Counted from the first letter of the stretch, positions 51,747 through 61,622 are shown. The stretch is DNA of 64,000 nucleotides from an uncultured candidate division Zixibacteria bacterium (GCA_963735035.1 CAVTJJ010000003.1:32001-96000), one strand, 5' to 3'. Numbers and translations: made by a program. Notes: generated from the sequence alone by a model not told the origin.

Positions 51747-51780
51747 TTACGACATGAGGTGACGCATGGCAAAGTAAAAT
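51747..51780 (+). promoter_or_regulatory. candidate WYL (DriD-like) operator followed by a -10 box
   Basis: TTACGAC-N7-GACGCAT imperfect palindrome, then TAAAAT at 51775-51780. Confidence 0.55.
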
Positions 51781-51879
51781 GCGATCAACAAGCCATGTCA
51801 GACCGGAGCCGAGATTGGTCTCGCGGTTGCCGCTATGCGGCGGAAATGAGGGCTGGTCTCAGGAAGGAATAGCTTTCAA

Positions 51880-52905
51880 GTGCCCAAAATCTTGATCCAT
51901 ACTAATCTTTATGGACTAATCAGACTAGCCCAGGCCTATCCGAACTTCATCGTGACGCGCTACCCCGTAAGCCCGAGGCGAGTCTGGGAAATAATTGCAG
52001 AATTCTGGACCGCCCGAAATTGTCACTATCTGATTCTCAATTTTGTATCGCGCGATTATTGGATACTGGGGTTTATGAAATTGCTGCTGCCGTTTACGAG
52101 AGTGAAGCTGGTTACATTGGACCTGCTGCTGACGCGCCCCCATAACGTTCGGGACAAATTCTTCCTGCTTTTGAAGCGCGCCCTGCTTCGCCGGGCCCAT
52201 AAGTTCATAGTATTCCAGCGCGACACCAACTGCTACGAGTGCAAATTCAGAATCCCGGGCAACCGCTTTCACTATCTTCCCTACAAGATCGATTCTCTCG
52301 AGATCATAAAGACGACCCGATGCGACGACCTTGGGTATATTTTCTGTGGCGGACAGTCGCGACGCGATTTCGCGACGCTCGCTGAGGCTGTGAAATCGTT
52401 GCCATATCCCGCCAGAATTGTCACGACAACCGACGGCATTCTTGCCAAACACGGCTCCTCGCTGAATGCAGCTGATCTGCCTGACCACATAAACACGGTG
52501 CGTCTAGACGGTTCTGTTCAGCCGTTTGTTCGGGAAATGGCCGGCGCCCGCCTGGTAGTGATTCCTATCAAGAAGGGCGTAATGACTCAATCGGGGATAG
52601 CCGTCAGCATCATGGCCATGGCGATGGGGAAATGTGTGATCGCCACCTATGGACCTGGAATCAGCGATGTGCTTCCACCAGGCACATCAATAGTCGTTCC
52701 TCCGGGCGATGCCCCCGCCTTGCGAGCCGCCATTGAAGCAGCTTGGACAGATGAAACGTTGCGGCTCAAAGTTGCCGAGGCCGGGCGCAAATACGCCACA
52801 ACATTGCAGGGGACCGATCGACTACTGAAGGACGTCGCAAACTGGGTAGTAGCCGATCACAAAGGGTCGACTGTGGCAGATAGAACTCAACAATTAGGTG
52901 GCTAG
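51880..52905 (+). CDS. glycosyltransferase family 4-like
   Basis: FCGGQSRRDFATL, VVIP, AMAMGKCVIAT, VPPGDAPALRAAI. Confidence 0.88.
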   Translation: MPKILIHTNLYGLIRLAQAYPNFIVTRYPVSPRRVWEIIAEFWTARNCHYLILNFVSRDYWILGFMKLLLPFTRVKLVTLDLLLTRPHNVRDKFFLLLKRALLRRAHKFIVFQRDTNCYECKFRIPGNRFHYLPYKIDSLEIIKTTRCDDLGYIFCGGQSRRDFATLAEAVKSLPYPARIVTTTDGILAKHGSSLNAADLPDHINTVRLDGSVQPFVREMAGARLVVIPIKKGVMTQSGIAVSIMAMAMGKCVIATYGPGISDVLPPGTSIVVPPGDAPALRAAIEAAWTDETLRLKVAEAGRKYATTLQGTDRLLKDVANWVVADHKGSTVADRTQQLGG

Positions 52906-53151
52906 TGGACGTGTTTGTCTGCCCCAGGTTCAGCATCACGCGATCAAGCGGCAGACGAGGACGTCTGCCGGCCACAAAATAAAGTGGCTGGTGGGAGTCC
53001 TCGTCCACGGGCTTGTCAAGATAGCTACACTCGGCCAAGTTGGCGCACGAGGACGTACGCCAACCACAAGACACTACGAAAGTCCTATGGATGCCCGCCT
53101 AAAGCGGGGCAAGACAGACCGGGCGTCACCCTTCGACAAGCTCAGGGTGAC
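52898..53151. repeat. REP cluster downstream of the glycosyltransferase
   Basis: CGGCAGACGAGGACGTCTGCCGGCCAC, TTGGCGCACG..CGTACGCCAACCAC, CCCGCCTAAAGCGGG, GTCACCCTTCGACAAGCTCAGGGTGAC. Confidence 0.75.
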
Positions 53152-53167
53152 TTGGATAGACGCCCGC

Positions 53168-54844
53168 TCAGCAATTCGTATAGTTCGGGCCTTCGCCTCC
53201 CTGCGGCGTCACCCAACGAATGATCTGGTACGGATCGGCGATATCGCAAGTCTTGCAATGGACACAGTTCGACGGCGTCAATTCCAGCTTGAGCTTCCCC
53301 GGGCGTGCCTCGTCCTCGACCATGTTATAGACTGACGCCGGGCAGAAGTGCTGGCACGGATTGCCGTACTCCTCGGTGCACCGGTTGTTGCAGATGTCAA
53401 AATCGGACACGAGCAAGTGCGACGGCTGGTGTTCTTCGTGGGCGGTCCCCGATTTGTAGACGTCCGATAGTTTGTCGAACAGGTACGCATTGTCGAACTT
53501 GAGCGGCGCCTTCTCCGGTTTGTGAGCGAACTTCTTTTCGTAGTCAGCGATCTTCAACACATACTCGTGATCCTGCTTGTGAGTCCGGCGTTCGAACAGG
53601 CCGCGTCCACCGGTGGCAATCTGCATCCCAGCATGGAACATCCCCGACCATAGACCAGCCTCGAACCCGGCGTGGAAATTCCGCGACGTCCGAAGTTCTT
53701 TGTACGCCCAGCTCTGCTCGAATTTGTCAGCGTACAGTCTGAGCTGATTGCGGCTGAAATCGCCCGCCTTGACCGCCTCGAAAATCGTCTCGGCCGCCAG
53801 AATGCCCGACTTGATCGCCAGGTGAATCCCTTTCAGCCTTTGCGGATTGAGCAATCCGGCCGAATCGCCACAAAGCAGCAAGCCATCGTGGTACAGCTTG
53901 GGTATCGAATAGAAACCGCCGACCGGAATCGTCTTGGCGCCATAGTGCAGCATCGTACCGCCGTCGAGAATCGACCGTATCAACTTGTGGGTCTTGTAGC
54001 GCTGGAACTTGGCGTGGGGGTCGTTGGTCGGGTCGGGACTATCAAGCCCGGCGGCAAAGCCGACCGAAACCATCGTATCGCTCATAGCATAAAGCCACGA
54101 GCCACCGTATTCGTATGACTTCGAAGGCCACCCGGCGGTATGGATCACCTGCCCGGCGACTACACGCCCGGACGGCACCTCCCAGACTTCCTTGACCCCG
54201 GTCAGGTACGACTGCGGCAGGCAGTCAGCCCGGAGTTCTGGGATCCCTTCGTACGCTTGTTTCGTGAGAGACCCATGAACGCCCTCACAAAGAACGGTCA
54301 CTTTGGCTTTGATCAATGACCCCGGTTCGAAATTCGGTTTAGGATGACCTTCTTTGTCCAGTCCCATATCGACTGTCTGTACCCCGGCGACCCGGTCGTT
54401 TTCGATCAACAGTTGGAATCCGGCCAGACCCGAAAAAATATCAATGCCGGACTCTTCCACCTGCTTGGCCATCCACCCGGACAACTTGTTGAGCGAGATG
54501 ACGTAGTTGCCATGGTTCTGAAGCGGGGGCGGCATGATCGGAAGCTTGAACGCCCCGTTCTCCCTGAGGATATACATCGAGTCCTTGCCGACCGGCGCTT
54601 CGAGTGGCGCTCCCTTGGCCTTGAAATCAGGAATAAGTTCGGTGAGACCCCGCGGATCCATCACCGCACCAGAGAGAGAGTGCCCTCCGACATAGGAGCC
54701 TTTCTCCATGACAAAGATCTCCGGTCGCTCCGGAGCTCCCTCGGCGGAAAACAGCTGAGCCAATTTATAGGCTACTGCCAGACCAGCCGGTCCGGCGCCT
54801 ACTATCAGAATGTCAGTTTCGAGAGTTTCGCGCTGGATATCCAT
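53168..54844 (-). CDS. electron transfer flavoprotein-ubiquinone oxidoreductase
   Basis: IVGAGPAGL, HSLSGAV, KGIHLAIKSG, FCPASVY, NCVHCKTCDIADP, GGEGPNY. Confidence 0.95.
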   Translation of the reverse strand: MDIQRETLETDILIVGAGPAGLAVAYKLAQLFSAEGAPERPEIFVMEKGSYVGGHSLSGAVMDPRGLTELIPDFKAKGAPLEAPVGKDSMYILRENGAFKLPIMPPPLQNHGNYVISLNKLSGWMAKQVEESGIDIFSGLAGFQLLIENDRVAGVQTVDMGLDKEGHPKPNFEPGSLIKAKVTVLCEGVHGSLTKQAYEGIPELRADCLPQSYLTGVKEVWEVPSGRVVAGQVIHTAGWPSKSYEYGGSWLYAMSDTMVSVGFAAGLDSPDPTNDPHAKFQRYKTHKLIRSILDGGTMLHYGAKTIPVGGFYSIPKLYHDGLLLCGDSAGLLNPQRLKGIHLAIKSGILAAETIFEAVKAGDFSRNQLRLYADKFEQSWAYKELRTSRNFHAGFEAGLWSGMFHAGMQIATGGRGLFERRTHKQDHEYVLKIADYEKKFAHKPEKAPLKFDNAYLFDKLSDVYKSGTAHEEHQPSHLLVSDFDICNNRCTEEYGNPCQHFCPASVYNMVEDEARPGKLKLELTPSNCVHCKTCDIADPYQIIRWVTPQGGEGPNYTNC

Positions 54845-54928
54845 GTTCTGCTCCTTCAAAGGCAGGTTGGAACATGGAATATACGCTATACATCCGGCAA
54901 AAAAAGAGATATTGCCGAACGAAAATGT

Positions 54929-55405
54929 TTATCGCCGGGACCGTTCCCGTTCCGGAAGGGACCGACGCGGTATCTTGTGACTGCTCCGTTGTTCGGGCCG
55001 GCGTTCGTTCTTGTGTTCTTCCGCCTCAGTCATCGGCTCGCCATTGGCGTTGATCTGAAGCATTTCGGCGATCTTTTCCTTGTTGCAGCCGACCGTCAAT
55101 AACCGGGCATTGCGGACGATCGGGCGACGGAGCAAACCGGGGTTCTGAGCAATAATCTGCAGCAATTCCCTGCGCTCCGGCATCTTTTGATCGAGACCGA
55201 ACTTAGTGTACTCGCTCGACGCCGTGTTGAGAAAGTACGACATGGGGTTATGACCGAACATCAGGTCCAGTTCTTCGATACTAAACGGGCGCACGCCCAG
55301 ATCTCTTAAGATTACTCTGACACCGGCATCTTCGATGAACTTGCGGACTTCGTCACACCTGTCATCCTTGCCGTACGTAATGAATGTTGCGCTCTTCTGA
55401 GGCAT
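54929..55405 (-). CDS. ArsC/Spx/MgsR family protein
   Basis: RCDEVRKFI, NPGLLRRPIV, LTVG. Confidence 0.8.
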   Translation of the reverse strand: MPQKSATFITYGKDDRCDEVRKFIEDAGVRVILRDLGVRPFSIEELDLMFGHNPMSYFLNTASSEYTKFGLDQKMPERRELLQIIAQNPGLLRRPIVRNARLLTVGCNKEKIAEMLQINANGEPMTEAEEHKNERRPEQRSSHKIPRRSLPERERSRR

Positions 55406-55844
55406 ACTTCCTCTAATTCTTTAGTCCACAGGTGCCGGCATACAATAATGCGAAAGGGCCAATTCTTTTTTCGGGAGCCTAGAGGACTTCCAACTTCCAG
55501 ACCCGGGGTTGCCTGAAGGGCGACTGAGCCGCCTGGCTGATCTCGAATCTGAGACACTATAAAAACGTCCTGCGGACATTTTTGTCAATCAAAATCTAAT
55601 CAAAAAAACAAATCAATTAACCTGGGTATCGGTGGCGTCTCCGTTGATCCGAATCACGGCGCCAGCCAATCAGCACGGCGTCGCAGTAAGAGTGAAATCG
55701 AGTCTTTCGGAATTACTATCGACATCCCCCTACCCAGGATATCGGACAAGGCACGCGGTCACTTTACTGACGGCGCTACGATTAGAACACCTGCGTGACC
55801 ATAAAGTTCCTTTTTCGCCGCAACAGAAGGCCGTGACTGCTGGG

Positions 55845-56468
55845 CTATAGTCGAAGCGCCACTGCCAAACCGTCACGAAGCGGCACTATGGTGGTAAAGA
55901 ACCTCTTATCGGCGTACAGACGCCTGGTGAATTCGAGTACGCCCCTGGTGGAAGCGTCAGGTTTGGCATCACAAACCCTGCCAGACCAGAGCAGGTTGTC
56001 GGTTATGAACAACCCCCCCGGCTTGAGCCGCGCCGCCGCTATCTCGATGGTTTGGGGATAAGCTTCTTTGTCTATGTCGTTAAAGACGATATCGAAGTGC
56101 TTGTCGATATCGCGCGCGATCTCCAGAGCATCCCCGACTTTGAACTTGAATCCGCTCTTGAGCCCCGCCCGCTTAAAATACGCTTCTGCCCGGCGCAGAT
56201 TCTGTTCGTCGCTGTCGGTTAGAGTGATCTTCCCCTTGCTGCCCATGGCCAGCGAAAACCAATAGGCCGAGTAGCCGTACCCTGAGCCAAGCTCAAGCAC
56301 GCGTCGAGCTTGGGTCATAAGAGCCGCCTGAAAGAGATACCGCCCTACGAGCGGACCTACAATCGGGAAGCCCTTCTTAGCGGCGTAAACTTCCATCTCT
56401 GCCAGAACCTTCGGACGCTTCGGTATCTGCTTCTCCAGATAGGTGGCCATTTTGGGTTGAAATATCAT
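55845..56468 (-). CDS. class I SAM-dependent O-methyltransferase
   Basis: VLELGSGYGYSA, FNDIDK..Y, LKPGGLFITDNLLWSG, PLRDG. Confidence 0.92.
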   Translation of the reverse strand: MIFQPKMATYLEKQIPKRPKVLAEMEVYAAKKGFPIVGPLVGRYLFQAALMTQARRVLELGSGYGYSAYWFSLAMGSKGKITLTDSDEQNLRRAEAYFKRAGLKSGFKFKVGDALEIARDIDKHFDIVFNDIDKEAYPQTIEIAAARLKPGGLFITDNLLWSGRVCDAKPDASTRGVLEFTRRLYADKRFFTTIVPLRDGLAVALRL

Positions 56469-56482
56469 AGAATCACTCCGGT

Positions 56483-56785
56483 CTAAAGGGTGACAAAGAT
56501 GTTATCTCCGTCAATCTCGACTTCGTACCGTTTGAGTCTGGCCCCTTTGAGATCCAGACATTCACCTGACTCCAGGTCATACCGCCAATGGTGCCAGCGG
56601 CATGTTAGCACGCCGTCAGTAACATGGCCTGCCGCGAGCGACGCCCTCATATGTTTACAATCCGATTCGATGCCGTAAAGTTTCCCGTCGACATTAAACA
56701 CCGCCACCCGCCGGGCCATAATGCGCTTCTCCAAGACACCGCCTACGGGCAGTTCGGCGAGAGTTCCCATTTTGATTCGAGGCAT
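56483..56785 (-). CDS. Rieske 2Fe-2S ferredoxin
   Basis: CKH...CRWH ligands. Confidence 0.92.
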   Translation of the reverse strand: MPRIKMGTLAELPVGGVLEKRIMARRVAVFNVDGKLYGIESDCKHMRASLAAGHVTDGVLTCRWHHWRYDLESGECLDLKGARLKRYEVEIDGDNIFVTL

Positions 56786-56800
56786 ATTGGTACGCGAATA

Positions 56801-57754
56801 TCAGGCGCCGGACGGACCCACGGCGCTTCCCTTGGCGGTGTCCACGACCGGGCGTTTACGCACAGGTTTGGGCTGCGGAATCACCTCGGCGGTGTTGCCA
56901 GAAATGGCCATCAGACGTTCAATCACCGTCTGGACGAGAAAATCGGGGGTTGACGCTCCCGCCGTGACGCCGACTCGCTCTATGTGATCGCTCTCTGTGA
57001 ACCAGTTCTCAAGGATGTCGTCCGCGGAGCCGATCAATTCGCCCCGACCGCAGAGGGTGCGAGAAATGTGGGCGAGCCGCTTGGAGTTGGCCGAGGTCTC
57101 GGAACCGACCACCAGAATCATGTCGACTTCGGGGGCCATATCCCGAATCGCGGACTGTCGCTCGCTGGTGGCCATACATATCGTATCGAATGTCTCCAGG
57201 TGGGGCCATTTCTTCTCGGCCGCCAGTCGGAACGCCTCGAAATCTTCAATACGCATGGTCGTCTGTACGGTCAGTCCCAACTTGCGGTCCGGCCAGTCGG
57301 GGAAATTGTCCAGCTCGGCTATAGATGAAATAACCGTGATTCGGTCGGGCGAATGTCCTACCACGCCTTTGGTCTCATCGTGATTCAAATCGCCGAAATG
57401 AATGATATAGTAGTCGTCCGCCACGATCTTCAAAATGATTTCATAGATGCGCGTCACCAGCGGACAGGTGGCATCGACTACTTTCAGACCCCGATCCTCG
57501 GCCGCCTGGATGACTCCCGGCTCGACGCCGTGGGCTGATATGATCAACGTCCCCGAGTCGACATCTTTCACGGCGAACTTCTGCCCTACACCCTTCTGAC
57601 GGAAATCCTCGACCACCGCGTGGTTGTGCACTATCTCGTTGAGGATCGTCACCGGGCCTACGGTCTCCCGGGCGGTCTCGTCGGCTATCTTAATCGCTCG
57701 CTTGACGCCCATGCAGAAGCCGTAGCTGCGCGCTATGATAATCTTCTTAATCAT
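56801..57754 (-). CDS. ispH: 4-hydroxy-3-methylbut-2-enyl diphosphate reductase
   Basis: GFCMGVKRA, IVHN, DATCPLV, TICMAT..RQ, SANS, TAGASTP. Confidence 0.97.
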   Translation of the reverse strand: MIKKIIIARSYGFCMGVKRAIKIADETARETVGPVTILNEIVHNHAVVEDFRQKGVGQKFAVKDVDSGTLIISAHGVEPGVIQAAEDRGLKVVDATCPLVTRIYEIILKIVADDYYIIHFGDLNHDETKGVVGHSPDRITVISSIAELDNFPDWPDRKLGLTVQTTMRIEDFEAFRLAAEKKWPHLETFDTICMATSERQSAIRDMAPEVDMILVVGSETSANSKRLAHISRTLCGRGELIGSADDILENWFTESDHIERVGVTAGASTPDFLVQTVIERLMAISGNTAEVIPQPKPVRKRPVVDTAKGSAVGPSGA

Positions 57755-58689
57755 GTCTTCCCCAGGATATTCTGGGACTGGCTGAACGCCTTGTAAGAAC
57801 TGCGCACCAGCGGTCCGGATTCGACATGGCCGAAACCGATTTCCCGACCGATCTGCGCGAACTCTTCGAATTCCTGCGGCAGGTAGAAACACTCCACCGG
57901 AAGATGCGCCAGCGACGGCCGCAGATACTGGCCGATTGTCACAATATCAACCCCGGCGGCGTAGATTTGGTGGAGGACTTCGACAATCTCATCCTTGGTT
58001 TCACCCAGTCCGACCATAATGCCGGTCTTCACGACCGGTCGCCGCTTATAGTTGGACATAAACCGGAGCACATCAAGCGAGCGATCCAGCTTCGCTCCAC
58101 CGCGAACACGACGATGCAGTCGATGGACCGTCTCGACATTGTGAGCGAGAACGTCCACGCCCGAATCAATTACCGACGCGACAGCCTCGTAGTCACCTTT
58201 GAAATCGGGAATGAGAAATTCCACTTTGATGTGCGGGTCGAGCGCCCGAAGTTCGCGCATGGTCGCGACAAACATCGACGCCCCCCCGTCGGGAAGATCA
58301 TCACGGGCCACCGATGTAATCACTACCTGCTTGAGTTTGAGCCGCGCGACCGCTTCGGCGAGACGGCGGGGCTCGTCACGGTCGAGGCCGTCGGGTTTGC
58401 CGGTGGTGATGTCGCAGAAATTACATCCGCGGGTGCAGGTGTCGCCGAGAATCATGAAAGTCGCGGTGCCCTCGTTGAAACACTCCCAGATATTGGGACA
58501 GGAAGCTTCCTGGCAAACCGAATGCAATCCGCCCGACTTCAGCGATGAATATACCCGACTGTATTCTTCGGTCTGGCGCGGACGGGCCTTGAACCAACTC
58601 GGCAGCCGCTTGTGCGGAATCTTGAGCCGTTCGGCCACCGGCAGAGACTGGGCCTGTTCCGTCGCGGCGGTCGATTCGTCCGGTTTCAC
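57751..58689 (-). CDS. lipA: lipoyl synthase
   Basis: CQEASCPNIWEC, CTRGCNFC, TIGQYLRPS, GPLVRSSY. Confidence 0.98.
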   Translation of the reverse strand: MKPDESTAATEQAQSLPVAERLKIPHKRLPSWFKARPRQTEEYSRVYSSLKSGGLHSVCQEASCPNIWECFNEGTATFMILGDTCTRGCNFCDITTGKPDGLDRDEPRRLAEAVARLKLKQVVITSVARDDLPDGGASMFVATMRELRALDPHIKVEFLIPDFKGDYEAVASVIDSGVDVLAHNVETVHRLHRRVRGGAKLDRSLDVLRFMSNYKRRPVVKTGIMVGLGETKDEIVEVLHQIYAAGVDIVTIGQYLRPSLAHLPVECFYLPQEFEEFAQIGREIGFGHVESGPLVRSSYKAFSQSQNILGKT

Positions 58690-58756
58690 TTTGGGAGGTC
58701 GTTATATCCACGTCGATAGCTTTCTCAATCTATACGTACGCCCGGCCTAAGATATG

Positions 58757-59342
58757 TCAGACTTTCGTAAGAAAGTACTCCAGGAGCGTCGTGTCATCGT
58801 CTAATTCAGCGTGAAACGCCGAGGCCAGCAAACGGCCCTGGCGTATCAGGACAGGGTCGTTCTTCCAAATGGCCAGCGTTTCTATGCCTTCGCCCATCCG
58901 GGTGACTCTGGGCGCGCGAATAAAAGTGGCCGTCAGCCGGGTCTTCTGGCCTGATAGAGTTCGCGTCGAGCTTCTCTTCGAACGAGTGCACCTGACGACC
59001 GTAGCCGTTGCGGTCGACCTCGATATCCATCAGCCCGAGCGGCTGCACGTGCGAGATATTATTCGCTATGCTCTTGCCCAACATAATCATCCCGGCACAG
59101 GTTCCGAACACTGGTTTAGAACGTCCGAACCGAATAAGCGGTTCCCGCAGTTGGAACCGGTCGATCATGATGTTCATCGTGGTCGATTCGCCGCCGGGGA
59201 TTATGAGGGCATCGAGCTTCTCCAGGTCGCGCGGGAGACGTACTTCTATCGGTCGGGCGCCTACCAGCTCGATCTGGTGGTGGTGACGCTCGTAGTCGCC
59301 TTGGATAGCGAGAACACCGACGGTTTTTGAAATAGCGGTCAT
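58757..59342 (-). CDS. pdxT: pyridoxal 5'-phosphate synthase glutaminase subunit (frameshift near 58955)
   Basis: GVLAIQG, PGGESTT, FGTCAGMI, RNGYGRQ; FIRAP and FHAEL in the second frame. Confidence 0.93.
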
Positions 59343-59392
59343 AGCAGTACAACTCTTATGAACCAGTACCCCACACAACGGGTGGGTTTACA

Positions 59393-59755
59393 TGCCCGAT
59401 CCGCCACGGCGGACCCACATCTGCCGACTTGCACAGCAATCTTCGGCATCCCACGGCTTGCTGTGGGTACGCCTGCTGATGAAAAGTGCCCGGCAGATGT
59501 ACACATCTGCCGACTCGTACAGCAATCTTCGGTACCCCACAGCTTGCTGTGGGTACGCCTGCTCATGAAGAGTGCCCGGTCCTCAACGACAAATCAACTT
59601 TACACGTGCCCGGCAGATGCCCACATCTGCCGACTCGTACAGCAATCTTCGGTACCCCACAGCTTGCTGTGGGTACGCCTGCTCATGAAAAGTGCCCGGT
59701 CCTCAACGACAAATCAACTTTGCACGTGCCCGGCAGATGTCCACATCTGCCGACT
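59393..59755. repeat. 120-bp tandem mosaic repeat (BIME-like)
   Basis: GTGCCCGGCAGATG starts at 59486, 59606 and 59726; each full unit also has ACCCCACAGC-TT-GCTGTGGGT; degenerate copy from 59393. Confidence 0.9.
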
Positions 59756-59771
59756 TATATAACCTGCAATC

Positions 59772-59989
59772 GTAGGGCAGAACCCCTTGCGGTTCTGCAA
59801 ACCTGAGACGGCCGAAAGGCCGTCATACCCGCGAAGGCGGGTACCCAGTCAAGCTCGTCCTTCAACAACCTGCATTAGTGACCAGCCAACTTGTCTGGGC
59901 CCCCGACTCCTCGAGGGTGACGGAACCTGCCTGTTCCGTTCAGTTCAACTTCCACCAGTAGCGGCAGACCCCGTGGGGTTCTGCCCTAC
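59772..59989. repeat. GTAG REP pair enclosing a CGTC-tagged pair
   Basis: GTAGGGCAGAACC.. / CGTCATACCCGCGAAGGCGGGTACCCAG..CTGGG..GTGACG / ..GGTTCTGCCCTAC. Confidence 0.75.
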
Positions 59990-60092
59990 GAATTCAATAA
60001 ACGCATCTGCTGACTACACGTGTCACCCTATCTTGTCACAGTGACAACATAGGCTCGCAGCGAATGTTCTTCGGGGAATATACAAACCGGGG

Positions 60093-60836
60093 CTACAGCC
60101 CAAAAGCGATTTGGCCGGCCGGTTCAGGGAGCGGGGGCATGGCGTCGTAGATACGGCCGTTGAGCGTCCGACCGGCTTTCTTCTTGTTCATGCCACCCCA
60201 CTGCTTGAAGAAGAAATGGACCTTCTGCGCGCGACACTGCCGCTGGATATCCACCACCCATTCCTTTTTCATAGCGCGGGCGCCAGGGCCGGATTCGCCT
60301 CCGACCACAGCCCAGTCGATCCCGGTCAGGTCCATATCGGGTACGGGCGACAGCAGCGGCTCCATCGAGAGCCATTTGATCGGGGCGCCGGTCTGACGAA
60401 GCAGGTCGATCCGATGCGTGAACCGAGCCAATTCGACTGTCACCCCCATCCAGACATTAGGCGGCCAGTCGAGTTTGGGGCTTAGCTCGGCGAGCCGTTC
60501 GGCGCGTTTGGTGAGGACCTGAAAGACATGCCAGTCGGCGCGGGCCATGATGTCGAAAACCTGACGGAGATATTTGACCGGGATCTTCTCGTGAAAGAGG
60601 TCGGACATCGAATTGACAAAAATCAACCGCGGTTTCTTCCAATGGAGCGGGTCTTCAAGGACGTCCGGGTGCAGGGTGACATTGAAGCCGTTGGCGTATT
60701 TGGCGACCCCCATGCCCTGGAGCCGCCTGGCCATCCGCTCGGCGTAGCAGTGGAGACAACCTTCGGAGACTCTGGAACACCCGGTAACCGGGTTCCAGGA
60801 GGAGTGGGTCCATTCGATGCGGGTGGAGGAGGACAT
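60093..60836 (-). CDS. DUF5131 / phage Gp37Gp68 family protein
   Basis: IEWT..WNPVTGCSRVSEGCLHCYAE, FVNSMSDLFH, QVLTKR, SMEPLL, VGGESG, FFFKQWGG. Confidence 0.93.
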   Translation of the reverse strand: MSSSTRIEWTHSSWNPVTGCSRVSEGCLHCYAERMARRLQGMGVAKYANGFNVTLHPDVLEDPLHWKKPRLIFVNSMSDLFHEKIPVKYLRQVFDIMARADWHVFQVLTKRAERLAELSPKLDWPPNVWMGVTVELARFTHRIDLLRQTGAPIKWLSMEPLLSPVPDMDLTGIDWAVVGGESGPGARAMKKEWVVDIQRQCRAQKVHFFFKQWGGMNKKKAGRTLNGRIYDAMPPLPEPAGQIAFGL

Positions 60837-60907
60837 AATGAAATGTGCGAAAACACAAACCGGGAAGAAATCACAAATTGCAGACGTAAATCACGTGTGG
60901 ATCTCTT

Positions 60908-61109
60908 GTAGGTCGGGTTTTCGAGAGGGTCCCGTAGCGAACAACGAAGAAAACCCGACATTGACCAGTCGGAAAGGATGTCGGGTTGCGCGCTCAACAA
61001 ACCCTTGCGCGTAACCCGACCTACTAGTCCAGTTTCTCACAAATTCAATATTGCATGTAGGTCGGGTTTTCGAGAGGGTCGCGTAGCGAACCGCGGAGGA
61101 AACCCGACA
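60908..61109. repeat. RAYT-cognate REPs (GTAGGTCGGGTT..AACCCGACA), three copies
   Basis: 60908-60960 (+), 60979-61024 (-), 61057-61109 (+). Confidence 0.9.
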
Positions 61110-61114
61110 CCCGG

Positions 61115-61594
61115 CTATTCCCCAAACGAACCCTCGAAGATGATAGGTTCTTTGACCCCCCAATCCCTTTGATAGAAACCGCGTTCTAACCACAGATGCG
61201 CTGATGAATCCCCGTAAACAAACGGATCTGATGTCAGTCCGTGATGCACCGGGTTGTAATGAACATAGTCAATGCGCTTATTCAGATCTTCCTGATCGCG
61301 CGCCACATGCTCCCAGAAGCGGTTTTGCCAGACGCGTCCGGGACCGAAGTGCCGTCTATAGAGGTGATAGTATTGAATCTTGAATTGGTGCATGACGTCT
61401 GAGATCGATTCATTCCCCAATTGTAGCACGACATGCAAGTGGTCTGGAAGAACCACCCATGCTTCGAGCTTCCTGCCGCCCCACGCTTGTTCAAAGATTT
61501 CTGGTCGGAGTAACAAGATAGGCTGGCGTTTGAAGGTGATCACGGTCACAAAGAAGGTGGCTTCCCGGACAATGTACCGACGTAGCGATTTCAT
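61115..61594 (-). mobile_element. REP-associated tyrosine transposase (RAYT/TnpA-REP, Y1 HUH family)
   Basis: TFFVT, WVVLPDHLH (HUH), VWQNRFWEH, DYVHYNPVHHGL; flanked by inverted GTAG REPs. Confidence 0.92.
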
Positions 61595-61622
61595 ACCGAA
61601 AAGTCTTCTGCCCCCGGCGAAA

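Noticed and set aside
55406..55550. riboswitch or SRP RNA in the ArsC/Spx leader
   Set aside because: No match to the consensus of glycine, SAM, TPP, cobalamin or c-di-GMP riboswitches or SRP that I can recognise.
59393..59755. possible CRISPR array
   Set aside because: The intervening segments are repeated rather than unique spacers, the period is 120 bp, and there are no cas genes.
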